Under the pieces are notes generated by a model. It was not told the DNA's origin. It saw only the letters and a list, made by a program, of their open reading frames with translations, and ran no database searches. A stretch of DNA of 61,197 bases, the filler included, from Porpidia crustulata (taxonomy: Eukaryota): NCBI GenBank assembly GCA_964255105.1. It is 12 parts of 12 records of this genome, joined end to end, with 100 filler letters (N's around TTAATTAATTAA, not from the genome) between each part and the next. Parts side by side here need not be neighbours in the genome. Positions count along the whole stretch, not along the records: positions 35,810 to 40,817 come from CAXUWE010001937.1; positions 40,918 to 45,924 come from CAXUWE010001938.1; positions 46,025 to 51,023 come from CAXUWE010001939.1; 9 more parts are not named here. The stretch is one strand, 5' to 3'. Below, piece by piece: positions 36,966-48,521 of this stretch. Position 1 is the first letter of the stretch. Each line of letters opens with the position of its first letter. Both the position numbers and the translations under genes were made by a program.

Positions 36966-38392
36966 GGTTTGTCCCGAGACAGTGTTGGTTTGGAAAGAAA
37001 ATTTTGGATAATGAGGTAGAGATTATTTGATTTCACCAAGGAGATGAAGTGTAAAATATACAGAGCTGCACGACTGCTATACTGAGCTTCCGAAGAAGGT
37101 CTACAAAAGAGAGATCGAATATGACTAACAACAGTCGCGAGGAACGATGTTTTTATACACTCTGGACGCGAGGAATACGAACACGAAATAATTGTGCGGT
37201 GGTTCAACAGAAAACAAACAGACTCGGCAAACCCGAGCAGATTGCTACAAACAGAAGAAACGAACAACAAAATCCTGGAGTCAACAAATCTTTACCGACT
37301 TGCGAACATGAAGTATATCATTAGACAATCCTTTGATTTTGCTGAGCTGTTGCTTGACCCAATGTTATATCTTACCGGGCCCTTCATCTTGCTTCAGATT
37401 ACTCCATGAGCAGGGGCTCACATATCTCTTTTGATAGCTGATCGAGACTAATGCCTTACATGAGACGCATCTTAATCGGCGGTATCCCACACGATGCACT
37501 TTATCGTAGGGATAGTCCAGCCAGGACCAGGACTTCCTTATCGTTTAGGTCAGGGTAGATGGCCTAGACGTGCGTCCTCACCCCAGCGGATGAGTGCATG
37601 AAAGTCTACGCTCGACATTAGTCATTTGGATTATTTCTGCCTATTGAAATCGAGCGGAACTGATGCTTTGTTAATACGTGGATTGATATGGTTCTTTACT
37701 TCCTATCATTACTGTCAAGCCCTAACCCTAGGCGAAATACCCCGTTGAGGAAGCTTGTATCTCACAATTTAGTTTTCTCAATCCACACATGAAGACCCTC
37801 CAAGTTCCACATGTGGAAGTCAGTCATCTATCGTAAACTCGATTGACACTAACCTTGGCCAGTCTGATACTTTCTTTATTACAATATTTGAGACACCGGA
37901 TCTTAAATTCGAAGTTGTCGAGCGAGACAAAAAAATGAGCTACAGGTCCTTCGATCATGAAGTCGTCTCAGCCAGTCGTGGACGAACAACCTGAGATCTT
38001 TCGTATGTCTTGGAACACAGCACTGACATGTCATCTTTATTTCACGACCGTGTTCACTCCAGGTCTGAGCTGATTCTATTACTTCTGGAACCATATGACT
38101 GTGACAAGCTGTCTCAGTGTGAACGTTGCCAATTTCAAATAATCCATCATTGTATATATGACGAGTCCAGAGGGATATCCAGGTAACTTTTATGCATCGC
38201 GTTAACTAGGTACATCAGCGTTGAATTACAGAAACGTATTCTATCAATATCGTCTCACTTTCTCTTCTAGGACGTCACTACAGCTTTCGCATCTCATTCA
38301 CTATATCATCTTAGAAACCCATCAATTTCACAATCTCTTCGTACTTTTCCGCCCAATATTCAAAGCCTCGCTTCACCGACTTCATACTACTA

Positions 38393-38731
38393 ATGGACCC
38401 CATTACAATACTGGAAGTGAGCTTAGGCATCACTCGCGCCCTTGTTGACTTGAGCAGCAAAGATCCTGATCGAGCTGACGGGCTGATCAGCTATTGCCTC
38501 GCTGGGATCCCGGATCAAAGACAAGCGATGATCAATACCAGAGCCAAACTGAAAAAAGTGGAGAGACGGCGGACGCCGCTGGTCGCGATGGCTGAGAGGT
38601 TGAACACATTTAGAAGAGCAGATGGAATGAAAGCCTTGACGGATAGACATTGGGAGATTATACGAGGCAAAATAGCGAGACGGATGAAGGAAGTGCGCGC
38701 GAGGAATTCAGTCGAGGACGAGGTTTTTTGA
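38393..38731 (+). CDS. Small orphan protein B (112 aa), member of local three-gene family
   Basis: ATG after a C/T/A-rich leader; DP at 24-25; 12/44 ungapped identities to protein A. Confidence 0.6.
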   Translation: MDPITILEVSLGITRALVDLSSKDPDRADGLISYCLAGIPDQRQAMINTRAKLKKVERRRTPLVAMAERLNTFRRADGMKALTDRHWEIIRGKIARRMKEVRARNSVEDEVF

Positions 38732-39274
38732 TGAAAGCTATGGTGATGCTTCAAGAAACTTTGGGCTGAGTTGAAGAAATCGTATGTATCAAGTACACGT
38801 CAGGCTTGCAAATTTCTAGAGCTTTTCTGCAATAATGTTGGAAGTCTTTTGTCGTTCAGATTTCACAAATATCGATTCCCGCGGTCTACTTTCTATGGCT
38901 CATCGCGTTGTCTATTTTCGTCCACCAAATCAGAGATTATATCAAATTTGAGGTAGGACAGTATGTCTATGTTAGTATATCGATCTCATTGTGCGAATGA
39001 AAAATCGCCAACAGAAGCGACCTGGTTGTTTTTTGGTATTCCAAAGCATGGCTGTATTTGTTTGCTAAGCTGCGAACCACGATGCAATTTCATCTATGTG
39101 CTAGTACGGTTTGTATGGTCAAGATGGCTCTCTATCATCAATCCATTGAATCCACTTAAGTATGCAGCTTTCTCCTTCGAATTAAGATCAACACGCTTGT
39201 CAATTCTTGTTTACAATAACCAACTCATCACCTAGGAAGAAGAGCATCATCACCCTTCGTTACCCCATGTCCTG

Positions 39275-39748
39275 ATGGAGGTCCCCAACATAGCCTCCCG
39301 ATACGCAGGCAACGTCAAGAGCCTGGCCGTCACCCTCCTCGAAAACCTTGAGCAATTACGCATCGAAGATCCCGAAGGAACTGATACTATATCAGCCAGG
39401 CACCTTGGGGACCTCTCCGTCAGTAACCAGAAAATAATCACCGACAAGGCCCAGAGAGCGAGACGTTGTAAAGAAATAAGGGAGAATCAGGGTGCAGAGC
39501 AAAGCAGACAAGCGGCGGGAGCTGAGCGAGCGAGGTCTAAACAGGAACCGTTGGATAATTGCCAGAGATGCAGCCGCCCGAGAGACAACAACAGGAGGGA
39601 TCAAGATGATAACCGCCCGAGAGACGACAACAGGAGAGACCAAAGTGATAGCGGGCGCCGAGGGGCCCGGAGAGGGAATGAAGGTGGAAATCGAGAACGG
39701 GATAGGAGAAGGGACGAACGAAGGTATCAAAGAAAGAACATCGGGTAA
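39275..39748 (+). CDS. Small orphan protein C (157 aa) with R/D/N-rich tail, member of local three-gene family
   Basis: 13/44 ungapped identities to protein A; 39-nt tandem duplication in the tail. Confidence 0.6.
   Translation: MEVPNIASRYAGNVKSLAVTLLENLEQLRIEDPEGTDTISARHLGDLSVSNQKIITDKAQRARRCKEIRENQGAEQSRQAAGAERARSKQEPLDNCQRCSRPRDNNRRDQDDNRPRDDNRRDQSDSGRRGARRGNEGGNRERDRRRDERRYQRKNIG
39574..39651 (+). repeat. 39-nt in-frame tandem duplication (RPRDNNRRDQDDN / RPRDDNRRDQSDS)
   Basis: ccgcccgagagac starts at 39574 and again at 39613. Confidence 0.85.
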
Positions 39749-41539
39749 TAACGTTCCAGTGCAGTGAGCGCGGTTTTCGAGTTTCCTGCGCCCCGGCTAC
39801 TTTGGATTCTGCTTACGGTGCCTAGATGGTGTTGCTTGATTATGTGATCTCGTGTGGGAAAGAGTGAGTGGCTGGCTATTTTCATTGATTAGGAGGGTGC
39901 GTTTGATTGCTGTAAGGATTTGATGATGCCATTTTGCGTTGTCTACTATACGCGCTCGTTCTCAATATTCTGATTTCGATCATTCATTTTCAATCTGTCA
40001 ATTCTTTTTATCCGTTGACTCATTACTTGAAGAACCTCACTCCTGCAAAATTTTCTTGTCATCAGTTTTATCTTTGCCGATCACTTTGATCTACAACTTT
40101 ACGCCCTATAACTTTCACATTCACAAGACTTTTCCCAATCTACACCCCAATCCGCCAAACCTCAATCTTAGAAATACGACCGCAAGACGCATTAATCCCT
40201 TTCCTCCGCACTATGCCTCAGCTCATTGAAAGCGCCAGATCATTTTAATCTGACTTCTAAGCATCCCTCAAAGATCTAGGTAGCCGCGTGTGCGTGCTAA
40301 ACAGCCATCTCGACGGGTTTTTCACGATGTGTTACTTTCACACGGGGGTACGGTATTGACGGCCTATAAGTAGGATGTCTAGCTGGCTTGAGCTGATGAT
40401 CTGATCTTACTTCATTTGGATTGAACAATCAATTGTTTCCTACACATAACACAAAGTCAAACTTTTGTCCTTACACCGTATCATCCTCTTTCGTTCTGGG
40501 CCTACATCTCGTATCTCATCACCGTCTTGCGTGTCTACTTCCCAGAATTCGTTTTGTCGATTCATCATGGCTTAATTGCTAAACAATGTCTCGAGACTAC
40601 CTAACCAGGATAAGACTTCGCCTGTTTCGGGAGAGAAGACCACTGTGCATTGTTTGTTATTTTCTGAGCTTTGGCACAATCGCAAAATGTACGCTTTGTC
40701 GTGTCTTGCCAACGTGGCTCTCACGAGAGTGCTTCCATGTCTCCCGTCGTCGATACAATAGTTTGTCCTTATAATTTCCACTATATAACCCCAATCTCAC
40801 ACCCTCCGTCACCACCCNNNNNNNNNNNNNNNNNNNNNNNNNNNNNNNNNNNNNNNNNNNNTTAATTAATTAANNNNNNNNNNNNNNNNNNNNNNNNNNN
40901 NNNNNNNNNNNNNNNNNGTGGAAAGGAAAAGGAAAGAGGGGATGTGAGTTTGGGGGGAGGGGTGGTTGGAAGTACGATTGTGTAAGCAGCAACTAACTAT
41001 CCCGCCCCGTTCTTTATGAGATTTATCCCTGCTCTCGCATACACAAACCAACGCAAATGGAATATCAAAGCAAACGACGACGAATCCGCGCACCTGCACC
41101 CAGCTAGATATATGTCATATAAAAAGCTTCCTACCCATTCAATTCCCAAAATTTTTCAGAGCAGAAGTTCTGTCGCGTAGTTAGTGCGCATCGCCAATTT
41201 TACAGACTTAGACTTCTCACGTCTTTTTATATTCTTATTTATTTTCGATTTGTCTTTGCGTTTTTTCGATTTTGATATTTCATGAGATAGGATAGGATAG
41301 GAAAGGCTCTGGCGACGGTGTTGCTTTGATTGGATAGGGGAGTGGAGGTTATGAAGGTGGGTTGGGTTGGTTGATGGTTGTGGTATCATGTTTTTCTTAT
41401 TCTTTTTTTTTATTCTCCTGCTGTCGCGTTTCTCTCGCGCGTCTTTCTCTATTCATCTCACTGTCTGCTAACTTATGTATCAAGCAAGTGATATCAGATA
41501 AATAATTCGTCGTTTTATTAAAGTACTTCCAGGATTGAG

Positions 41540-42181
41540 TTTTTAGTTGAGCATCTTCGTGTTTAGAAAAGCCGTGTACTTGCGAATTTTCGATTTCCTT
41601 TAGCTTCCTTCTGGGAATTCGTAGGAAACGGTCATTAGCAGAACTTGTTTTATGTCTTGATTTCTTACAAGATCAAAACATCTTTAATTGTCAATAAAGA
41701 ATCTGTGAGCCTGTAGAGCATTGCGTAAGGTTTCAGCGTCAGGTATCACTGAATGTAAGAAGCCATCCGTATATTCAGCATCAGACAGTGATTCCGTGCC
41801 ACTTCTTTCATTTTAGCTACTTCCTTTCTTAGAATTAGAACCCGGGCCTCCGATAGCTGTTGATTTGTCTAAACGGATCAAATTGGACTTTGTAAGAGGT
41901 TCCCCAGCGCCTATGGATGGCAATGCAGTGATTGGTAATGCCAATGCTGAATCAGATGTGATAGGCTCAGTGCCTTTGACTCGTAGTTCCTCATCCTTTT
42001 CCAGTGGTCAGAATGGGTGAAAGTTTCTTCGAAACACTTCTATTTTTTGACAGCCAATACTTACCTTTGTTGCAGCGGTTATGCTGACTTGAGACTATCT
42101 TCGCATTAGCAATTGTTAAATGAGGAGTATATAGGATGCACAAACGTCAGTAGAACTCCCCCTCTTTCTCTTCCTGCTCAT
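41540..42181 (-). pseudogene. Intron-containing pseudogene with in-frame TAA stops; 3' limit approximate
   Basis: MSRKRKRGSSTD / SQVSITAATK / DEELR...EPLTKSNLIRLD...GSS*NERSG...TLRNALQAHRFFIDN*. Two canonical phase-0 introns; TAA at 41813-41815 and 41684-41686. Confidence 0.55.
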
Positions 42182-42783
42182 CCTCTTTGATCCGGTAACA
42201 AATTGAGAAAGGTGAGATATTTTAGTTGGATATTGAAGACATTCGCCGCTGGAGCCGACCAATTCAATTACAAACTCTGTGAAACTTGACGAATGAGATA
42301 TGAGTATCTTCAGAATAATCAATTTCTACATAATCAGCGACTAGGCAGTTTTGAACTACTGGCGACAAGCCGACACAAATTGAAGCAGGCAGCTACGATG
42401 GACACACATATTATCGGCTTACGAGGCCGTAAATAGATAGGTGTACGGGAGACGTCGAGAGTATTGTGAGACTTGAATCCGTTTGTATGGACAGGTTTGT
42501 AGCCATCTTTACCGCTGAATTAGGACACAGTAAGTGAAATCATGGAGAGCGTCGAGCAACATGGAAGGAGCCAGTCGAAGAATTGACTCAACTTGGCGCA
42601 ATTCACGTCTGCGCTACTGAGTGACAAAATGCTGCAGATTTTCTCGTTCTCAAGGAAATGCGGAAGACGAGGCGCTACGCTGTTTTGAGGACCACGAGTT
42701 CGAAGCGAACTGCCTGGGCCAATGCCCGCAACTTTTGTTCGAACAGCTCACACTCTCCTCATCCCAGCAATGAAATCAAAGCA

Positions 42784-44848
42784 ATGTCTACAGCAAAGAG
42801 AAGACGAGGCGAATCGCTTCATCTTGACTTGCCCAACGGATTGTCAGCCAGTCTGCCGCCTGTCGAGGCCCTGTTCCTCGTACTCTTTGACGTCAAAGCT
42901 GGGTAAGCTTGGTGCAGATTTCGAAAGTTGTGATGAGAGAGGCTGAGTGGCATGAGGATAGATATACGATAGCATGGAAGCAATCTATACCCGGTCGTAC
43001 GCTTAACACTCACGTAGGAAATACGAGGACAAATGCTGAATGTCGTACTAGTGGAGCTGAGCGGAAGCGTTGAGTACAAATCGATGCCATCCGGACTACA
43101 CAATGTGCAGGAAGATCTGGTGTAAGCTGTATGTCATACAGTATGAGCGTACTCTAATATGCTGCAGCTACTTTGTTCACGAGAATGAATATATAGGAAT
43201 TAGCGCCTTTATCAACGAACCCGCAGCCGAATCGGAACGGAATGCTTTGATGCTGGCTGTGGGCGCACTGGTACCTTTACATTACGGAAGACTGGGAAGA
43301 AGCTGGAAACATGCAGAAGGGCTAAAACAATTGGCAAGGTCTAACACATGACACCAATTTCTGATGGGCTTGGGACTGAATTGTGACACAGGGCGCTTGC
43401 TCAAGATCCAAAGAATACTCAACCACTGGAAGACTTTTGGAAGAGACATCAAGATCAAGAAGGCGAGGAGCTTTCAGCATCAGAGATTCAGAATGGCTCT
43501 CCGTCAGCTGAAAGATTCGAGAGACAACAAAGTCAGCCCTTGCCAAACAGTCAACCACGGGCACGAAATCGTGCAATATCCACAGCATCTGCGCTTGTGC
43601 CTCCAGGCCAGTCTCTGTCACCCCACCATCCCGCCTTATCTCTGCCAACTTTCCTCGATACCTTTGGCCCTCTGATATTTCCCTTGTACAAGGCAGCATT
43701 GTTACGGAAGAGAATATTGCTTGTTGGGCAGGCCCCCGTAGAGCTTTCATGTGATTTTGGTGAGCTATTTACCAGCCATCAAGCTACTTAGAGCTGACTA
43801 GGAAACCATAGTGTACGATATCTCTATTCTGTCAAATATACCCGCTTCAATCTCCAATCTACTTCCACTTGAACCTCTTCCAACCCGTCTTCAACCGCTT
43901 TTCTCGGTAGGCGTCCATGATATTCCAATTCTCTCTGAGGGATCTCGTGACCTCAACAAGGTACCGGACGACGCAAACAAAGATAGCACAGGGTACGGTT
44001 GGGTTGCCTGTACCACTGATGATATTCTGGCCACAAAAGATAATTTATACGAAGCGCTTGTGACTATACCACCATCGTATACCAAAGAGGCTAAAGAGAA
44101 GGTTTGGCCTCGAGTGGAGATGAAGAGAGGAATCGAGGTAAAGGCAACGCAGCGGGATCTGAGAAGGTACAAAACACTTCGGGGAGAATTACAACGTCAT
44201 CAGAGAAAAAGCCAGGTCCAGTCACCATTCACGTTATCCAGGACCAATGTCAGCGGCGAGGAGGAACCCAATTCCAAGTTCCCAATCGAGAACACGCAAG
44301 AAACATTCGACGACGCCTCCTCTACTAGCGATCAAAAGCTAGTCGAATCTCAATCATGGTCAGCGCTGGCTTATTCATCCTTTATGTGGTGGGCATCAGC
44401 AGGCGAGAAACGTACCGACCTTGAAGAGGAGGCCGAGTACGACAATGCACTGCTGCGCGATTTAGACCGATTTCAAGATTCTCCAATAGATCGTCCGAGA
44501 TCAGCAAGATCGCCGATCATGTCTCAGGGTTTTGGTCGTTCGGACTCGGGGTTCGAGATGACGGTCATCGCCTACTTCCATCGCCTGACGGCGCTTATTC
44601 TCGGGACTATCGCTGAAATCATCGACTTTTTGGACGATGGTGAGGAAGAGCAGCAGGAGGGCGAAGCAAATATTCACGAGCGAAATGATGTGGTCTTCAT
44701 CGCGAGTGAGGATATGGCTCGGATGGGTCTGGATATCTGGAGTGAAGGCGATCGACGTTTTGTGAAGGAGCTGGTGGAATTTTATTGGGGGCGGCAAGCT
44801 GATGTGCAAGGAGCAAGGGTAGAATGCTGTGGAGTAAGGATTTGCTAA
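42784..44848 (+). CDS. DENND11/Anr2-like DENN-related protein (multi-exon)
   Basis: LFLVLFDVKAG/YTIAW.../VEYKSMPSGLH...DLV/YFVH...GISAF, GRLGRSW.H, HHPALSL..FL..FGPLIFPLYKAALLRKRIL, WVACTTD.IL, KATQRDLRRY, SFMWWASAGE, IAYFHRLT. Confidence 0.85.
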
Positions 44849-45252
44849 TGTATCACCATCTATCGAAGCTCGTCAGAGGCTCGGCGTGTCAGCATCTGGT
44901 GCATCAATATAGGAGTTGTCCTTTCAACCGACGGAGCTCCGAAATTGTATCTACAAATGGGGAATTTCAAAATTGAGTCAATTAATTCTCGGTGCTCATT
45001 CAACAACTTCCAATCTTAGAGCGGATGAGTAACAAGATTCCTTTCTCCATATCCTGTCGGCAAGCAAAGACCTAAGATGAGGGTCGGCCTTAGAACCCAA
45101 AATAGTTAGACCGATCCCTACGTTCCTGGACCTCGGCACCTCCACATTTGACGACAGCTCTCTCTGCAAGAGTATCTATGGACCCAACACTCTCCTTCCT
45201 CGCCCCAATTAACCCACCATTCCTTCTATTCAACCCACCCTAGCACCCCATC

Positions 45253-45924
45253 ATGGCCGACGAAGCAAAAGCCCAAACCGAACTCAAAGACTTCCAAAAC
45301 ATCTTCTCCCTTGATGGCAAAGTCGCCGTCGTAACCGGTGGCTCCCGCGGCCTCGGCCTCCACGCCGCATCCGGGTCCGTCCTTCTCCCTCTATCCAATC
45401 TCTCCACCTAACACAATCCGCAACAGTCTCCTCCAAGCCGGCTGCGCCAAAGTCTACATCACCTCACGCAAAGCGCTCGCGTGCGAGCAAGCCTGCGCGG
45501 CCCTGAACGCGCTCCCGCACAAACGCCCCGGCGCCGTCGCCATCCCCGTGCCCGCCGACAGCGCCAAGATCGCGGACGTGGAGGCGCTGGTCCGGGAAGT
45601 GGCGAAGACGACGGAGCATGTGGATATTCTTTTCGCGAACGCGGGGGCGACGTGGGGAGAGCGGTTCGACACGCATCCGGACGCGGCGTTTGCCAAGGTG
45701 ATGGATTTGAATGTCAAGAGTGTTTTTAATACGATTAGGCTGTGGGTTTCCTGATCTTAGGCTATCGTGCCTTCTGTGCAAGAAAGACGCGGTTCGCTGA
45801 CGGCTATAAACATAGATTCGCTCCCCTCCTCCAAAAACGCGCCACCATCGACGACCCCTCCCGCGTCATCGTCACCGCCTCCATCGCCGGTCTCGGCGTC
45901 GGCTCCCTCGGCGAAAACGCAACC
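45253..45924 (+). CDS. Short-chain dehydrogenase/reductase (RhlG/FabG-like), 3'-truncated
   Basis: FSLDGKVAVVTGGSRGLG, VDILFANAGATWG, KVMDLNVKSVF; two introns. Confidence 0.9.
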
Positions 45925-46137
45925 NNNNNNNNNNNNNNNNNNNNNNNNNNNNNNNNNNNNNNNNNNNNTTAATTAATTAANNNNNNNNNNNNNNNNNNNN
46001 NNNNNNNNNNNNNNNNNNNNNNNNATCCTGCCAGGATACAGATATGGTGGGGTTGCTGTGAGGAATAGGCGCCTGGGCATAAGCTAGGATGTGATCCTTC
46101 GTCGTTGCCATGATCAGACTCGAGAGAGAATCCGTGA

Positions 46138-47294
46138 ATGCCTTTTCTCACTTTGTTGTCCGTACCTCGACACGTCGCGAGTCTACGAATTACATGTATA
46201 CAATAGCGGTACCGATATGGCGGTCATTGCTGCGGACATTCCTACAGATGTGTTGATTGATCTCAACTCCGCCACAATAACAGCCGGAGGCACTACAGAC
46301 CTCACTGGATTTAATGATCCGCGAAACATCATCAACCGCACCGATGGGATTGACGGTGCAGGAAAGACCTGGCTATTAGCAAACAACACTGCCGGATACT
46401 GGGGAGCAGAGCTCACTCGAGTGGGCTCGCCTTCTCTTCTCCGTTTGTCAAATACCAAGCAAGATGGGCGAGGCACCAAAGCTTTCGCATTCTCTTGGTC
46501 TAGTGCTACTAGCAATGGAAATCCCCCAGGGCTTGCGAATCTCAGCTACGCGGATCCGCAGACAGGAAAGGCGGCGTTCTGCGCTGATCAGTGCCCGCTG
46601 GCAAGCTCCTCGAACAAATCATATCAGGACTTCCTCTTCGTGAATATCATCAAGCTCAATAATATTCGACTGAATGTGACCCAGTGGTACGGTGCAGGCG
46701 GGGGTTTGGATGGCTTGCTGCTCGCCGAGAACCGTAAGGGATCCTGGATCTTCCTGGAACGCTTGATGCTAATGTTGGCCATCGTTCGCAGCTTTACCAT
46801 TCGTGAGTTCTTCTGCCTCGAGTCCGTCCTCGACAACTTCGAACAGTCCTACCGATTCAATCTCGTCGGTAGCCTTCGGTACGAAGACCGATCAATCGAG
46901 CTCGAGCACCGCAGTGGCTGCCACAACCACTGTCACTCCTCCACCTTCTCCGTCGAACGAGCTTTCGTCCGGTTCGAAAGCAGGCATAGCTATAGGCGCT
47001 ATCATTTTTGCGCTTCTCCTCCTGGCCGCTCTTTGGCTTTGGCTTCGGAGGTATCGCAAGGCCCATCGGGACCCAGCTGTTGCGTCTCGACGTAGAGACC
47101 GCCAGTCTGGAATGAGCCGCCAGGAGCTAGACGCGAACACCACGAGAATTGAGAAAGAAGCCGGTGTTCAGGCTCGAGAGATGGATGCTGATGCTCCACT
47201 TGCCGAGATAGACAACGGTGACCAAGCTCATGAGATCGGAGGTGATCATTGGAAACGGGAAATGGACGGTCAAAGCCACGCGCGCGATTTGTAG
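46138..47294 (+). CDS. Single-pass membrane protein with a stand-alone Rax2 'second domain' ectodomain, Ser/Thr stalk, TM and 6x9-aa tail repeats (intron 46734-46791; 5' exon 46138-46157 tentative, otherwise start 46217)
   Basis: GFNDPRNII...DGAGKTWLL.NNT.GYW...LRL.NT.QDGRGTK.F...NLSY.DP.TG...C...CPL....YQDFLFVN......WYGAGGGLDG matches the Rax2 ectodomain as I recall it. LSSGSKAGIAIGA TM follows. Confidence 0.8.
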
Positions 47295-48521
47295 AAAGGT
47301 CAAATGGGATCTCCCCGATGATACAGCCTTTTCGAGAACTCGGCCGAGATGGGAAGATTCAAAGGATGATTCAATCACGCGTTGATGATCTTATTGGTCC
47401 TACATTTTGGAAACCCTGGGTTTACGCAATAGTAGTGGAGCAACAGAGGTAAAGCATCGTTTTGGGTACTCATTCATCTTGTGACTTCCAATCGGACAAC
47501 ACAGGCAAGGCATCGTATTGGGTTTCTGACTTATCTCGTGATTCCCAATCCGACAAGACTTGACTCTCCCTTCACACAGATTGAGTTTCAGGATTTGCAA
47601 TCCCAGCACTCGCTAAAACCTCATTCCCATCACGGTCTCCTGGAAATACAACACATACAGACATGTCGTCATGGCCAGTCAGGCTCGAATAAGTTCCTTC
47701 TATTTGCTATCCATTTGTCCTGAGACGCCTTAGATAGGAAGTTGCGATACTCTACACATGGCTTACGAAAAAGGTTATACAGCTATTGACGAGACAAAAG
47801 ATGGTAAATGTATGTCTAGTCAGCTTGGTGCTTGGAATAAGGGCGGACACTACGGAGGTCGGACTCAAGCAAGCGCGAAACTAAAATTGAGCGGCTTGGC
47901 ATGATAAGGGACATATTTTTTGGGTGGACACCGGTGGATAGGACCTGAAGATTCATGACATCTCTCAGGCAGGGGTGTACTACGCCATTCATGCCAAGCC
48001 GCTTAAATTTAGTTTCACGCTCGCAAGGCTTTAAAATCCGACCTCCGTACCTGACTGGTTCTCTCTTACGAAACTGCCAAGCCTGTCTTGGCAAGTGTGT
48101 CAGACTAGGGGAATTTGCAACTCTCCGTGAGGCTCAAATCTTCGCCAAGCACCAATCACGTCGTTAGCTCCTCAATTCTTATCACGTTGCAGGTTACCTC
48201 GGTCCCAGTAACGACCTCACACAAGGTGGCTATGCCCATTTTTCGCATTGACTTGTCTGCAGATTTGATCCTTCGAGCAAGCGGTTATTATCGCGTTCGT
48301 TGGTGGTAGCCATGGGTCACACTCGAAAAATAGTATGCAATGAGAAGCTGTCTGCAAGCGCCGACCGGTCAGGTTGGCATAGTTATCGAGTATACTCAGG
48401 TGGGCTATTTAGATTGTCGTCAAGTATTGATAATATTGAGAATCCTCGAGTAATTAGGTTGCCGCTGGAAAGGTTCTCCATCTGAGCAACAGCTATCCAA
48501 GGAAATATCCCTTCCCTCACC

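Noticed and set aside
40213..40400. Possible fourth small gene on contig 8 (ATG CCT CAG CTC... with two early TAA stops)
   Set aside because: The leader looks gene-like, but the read-through lacks the DP motif of proteins A-C. Evidence is insufficient.
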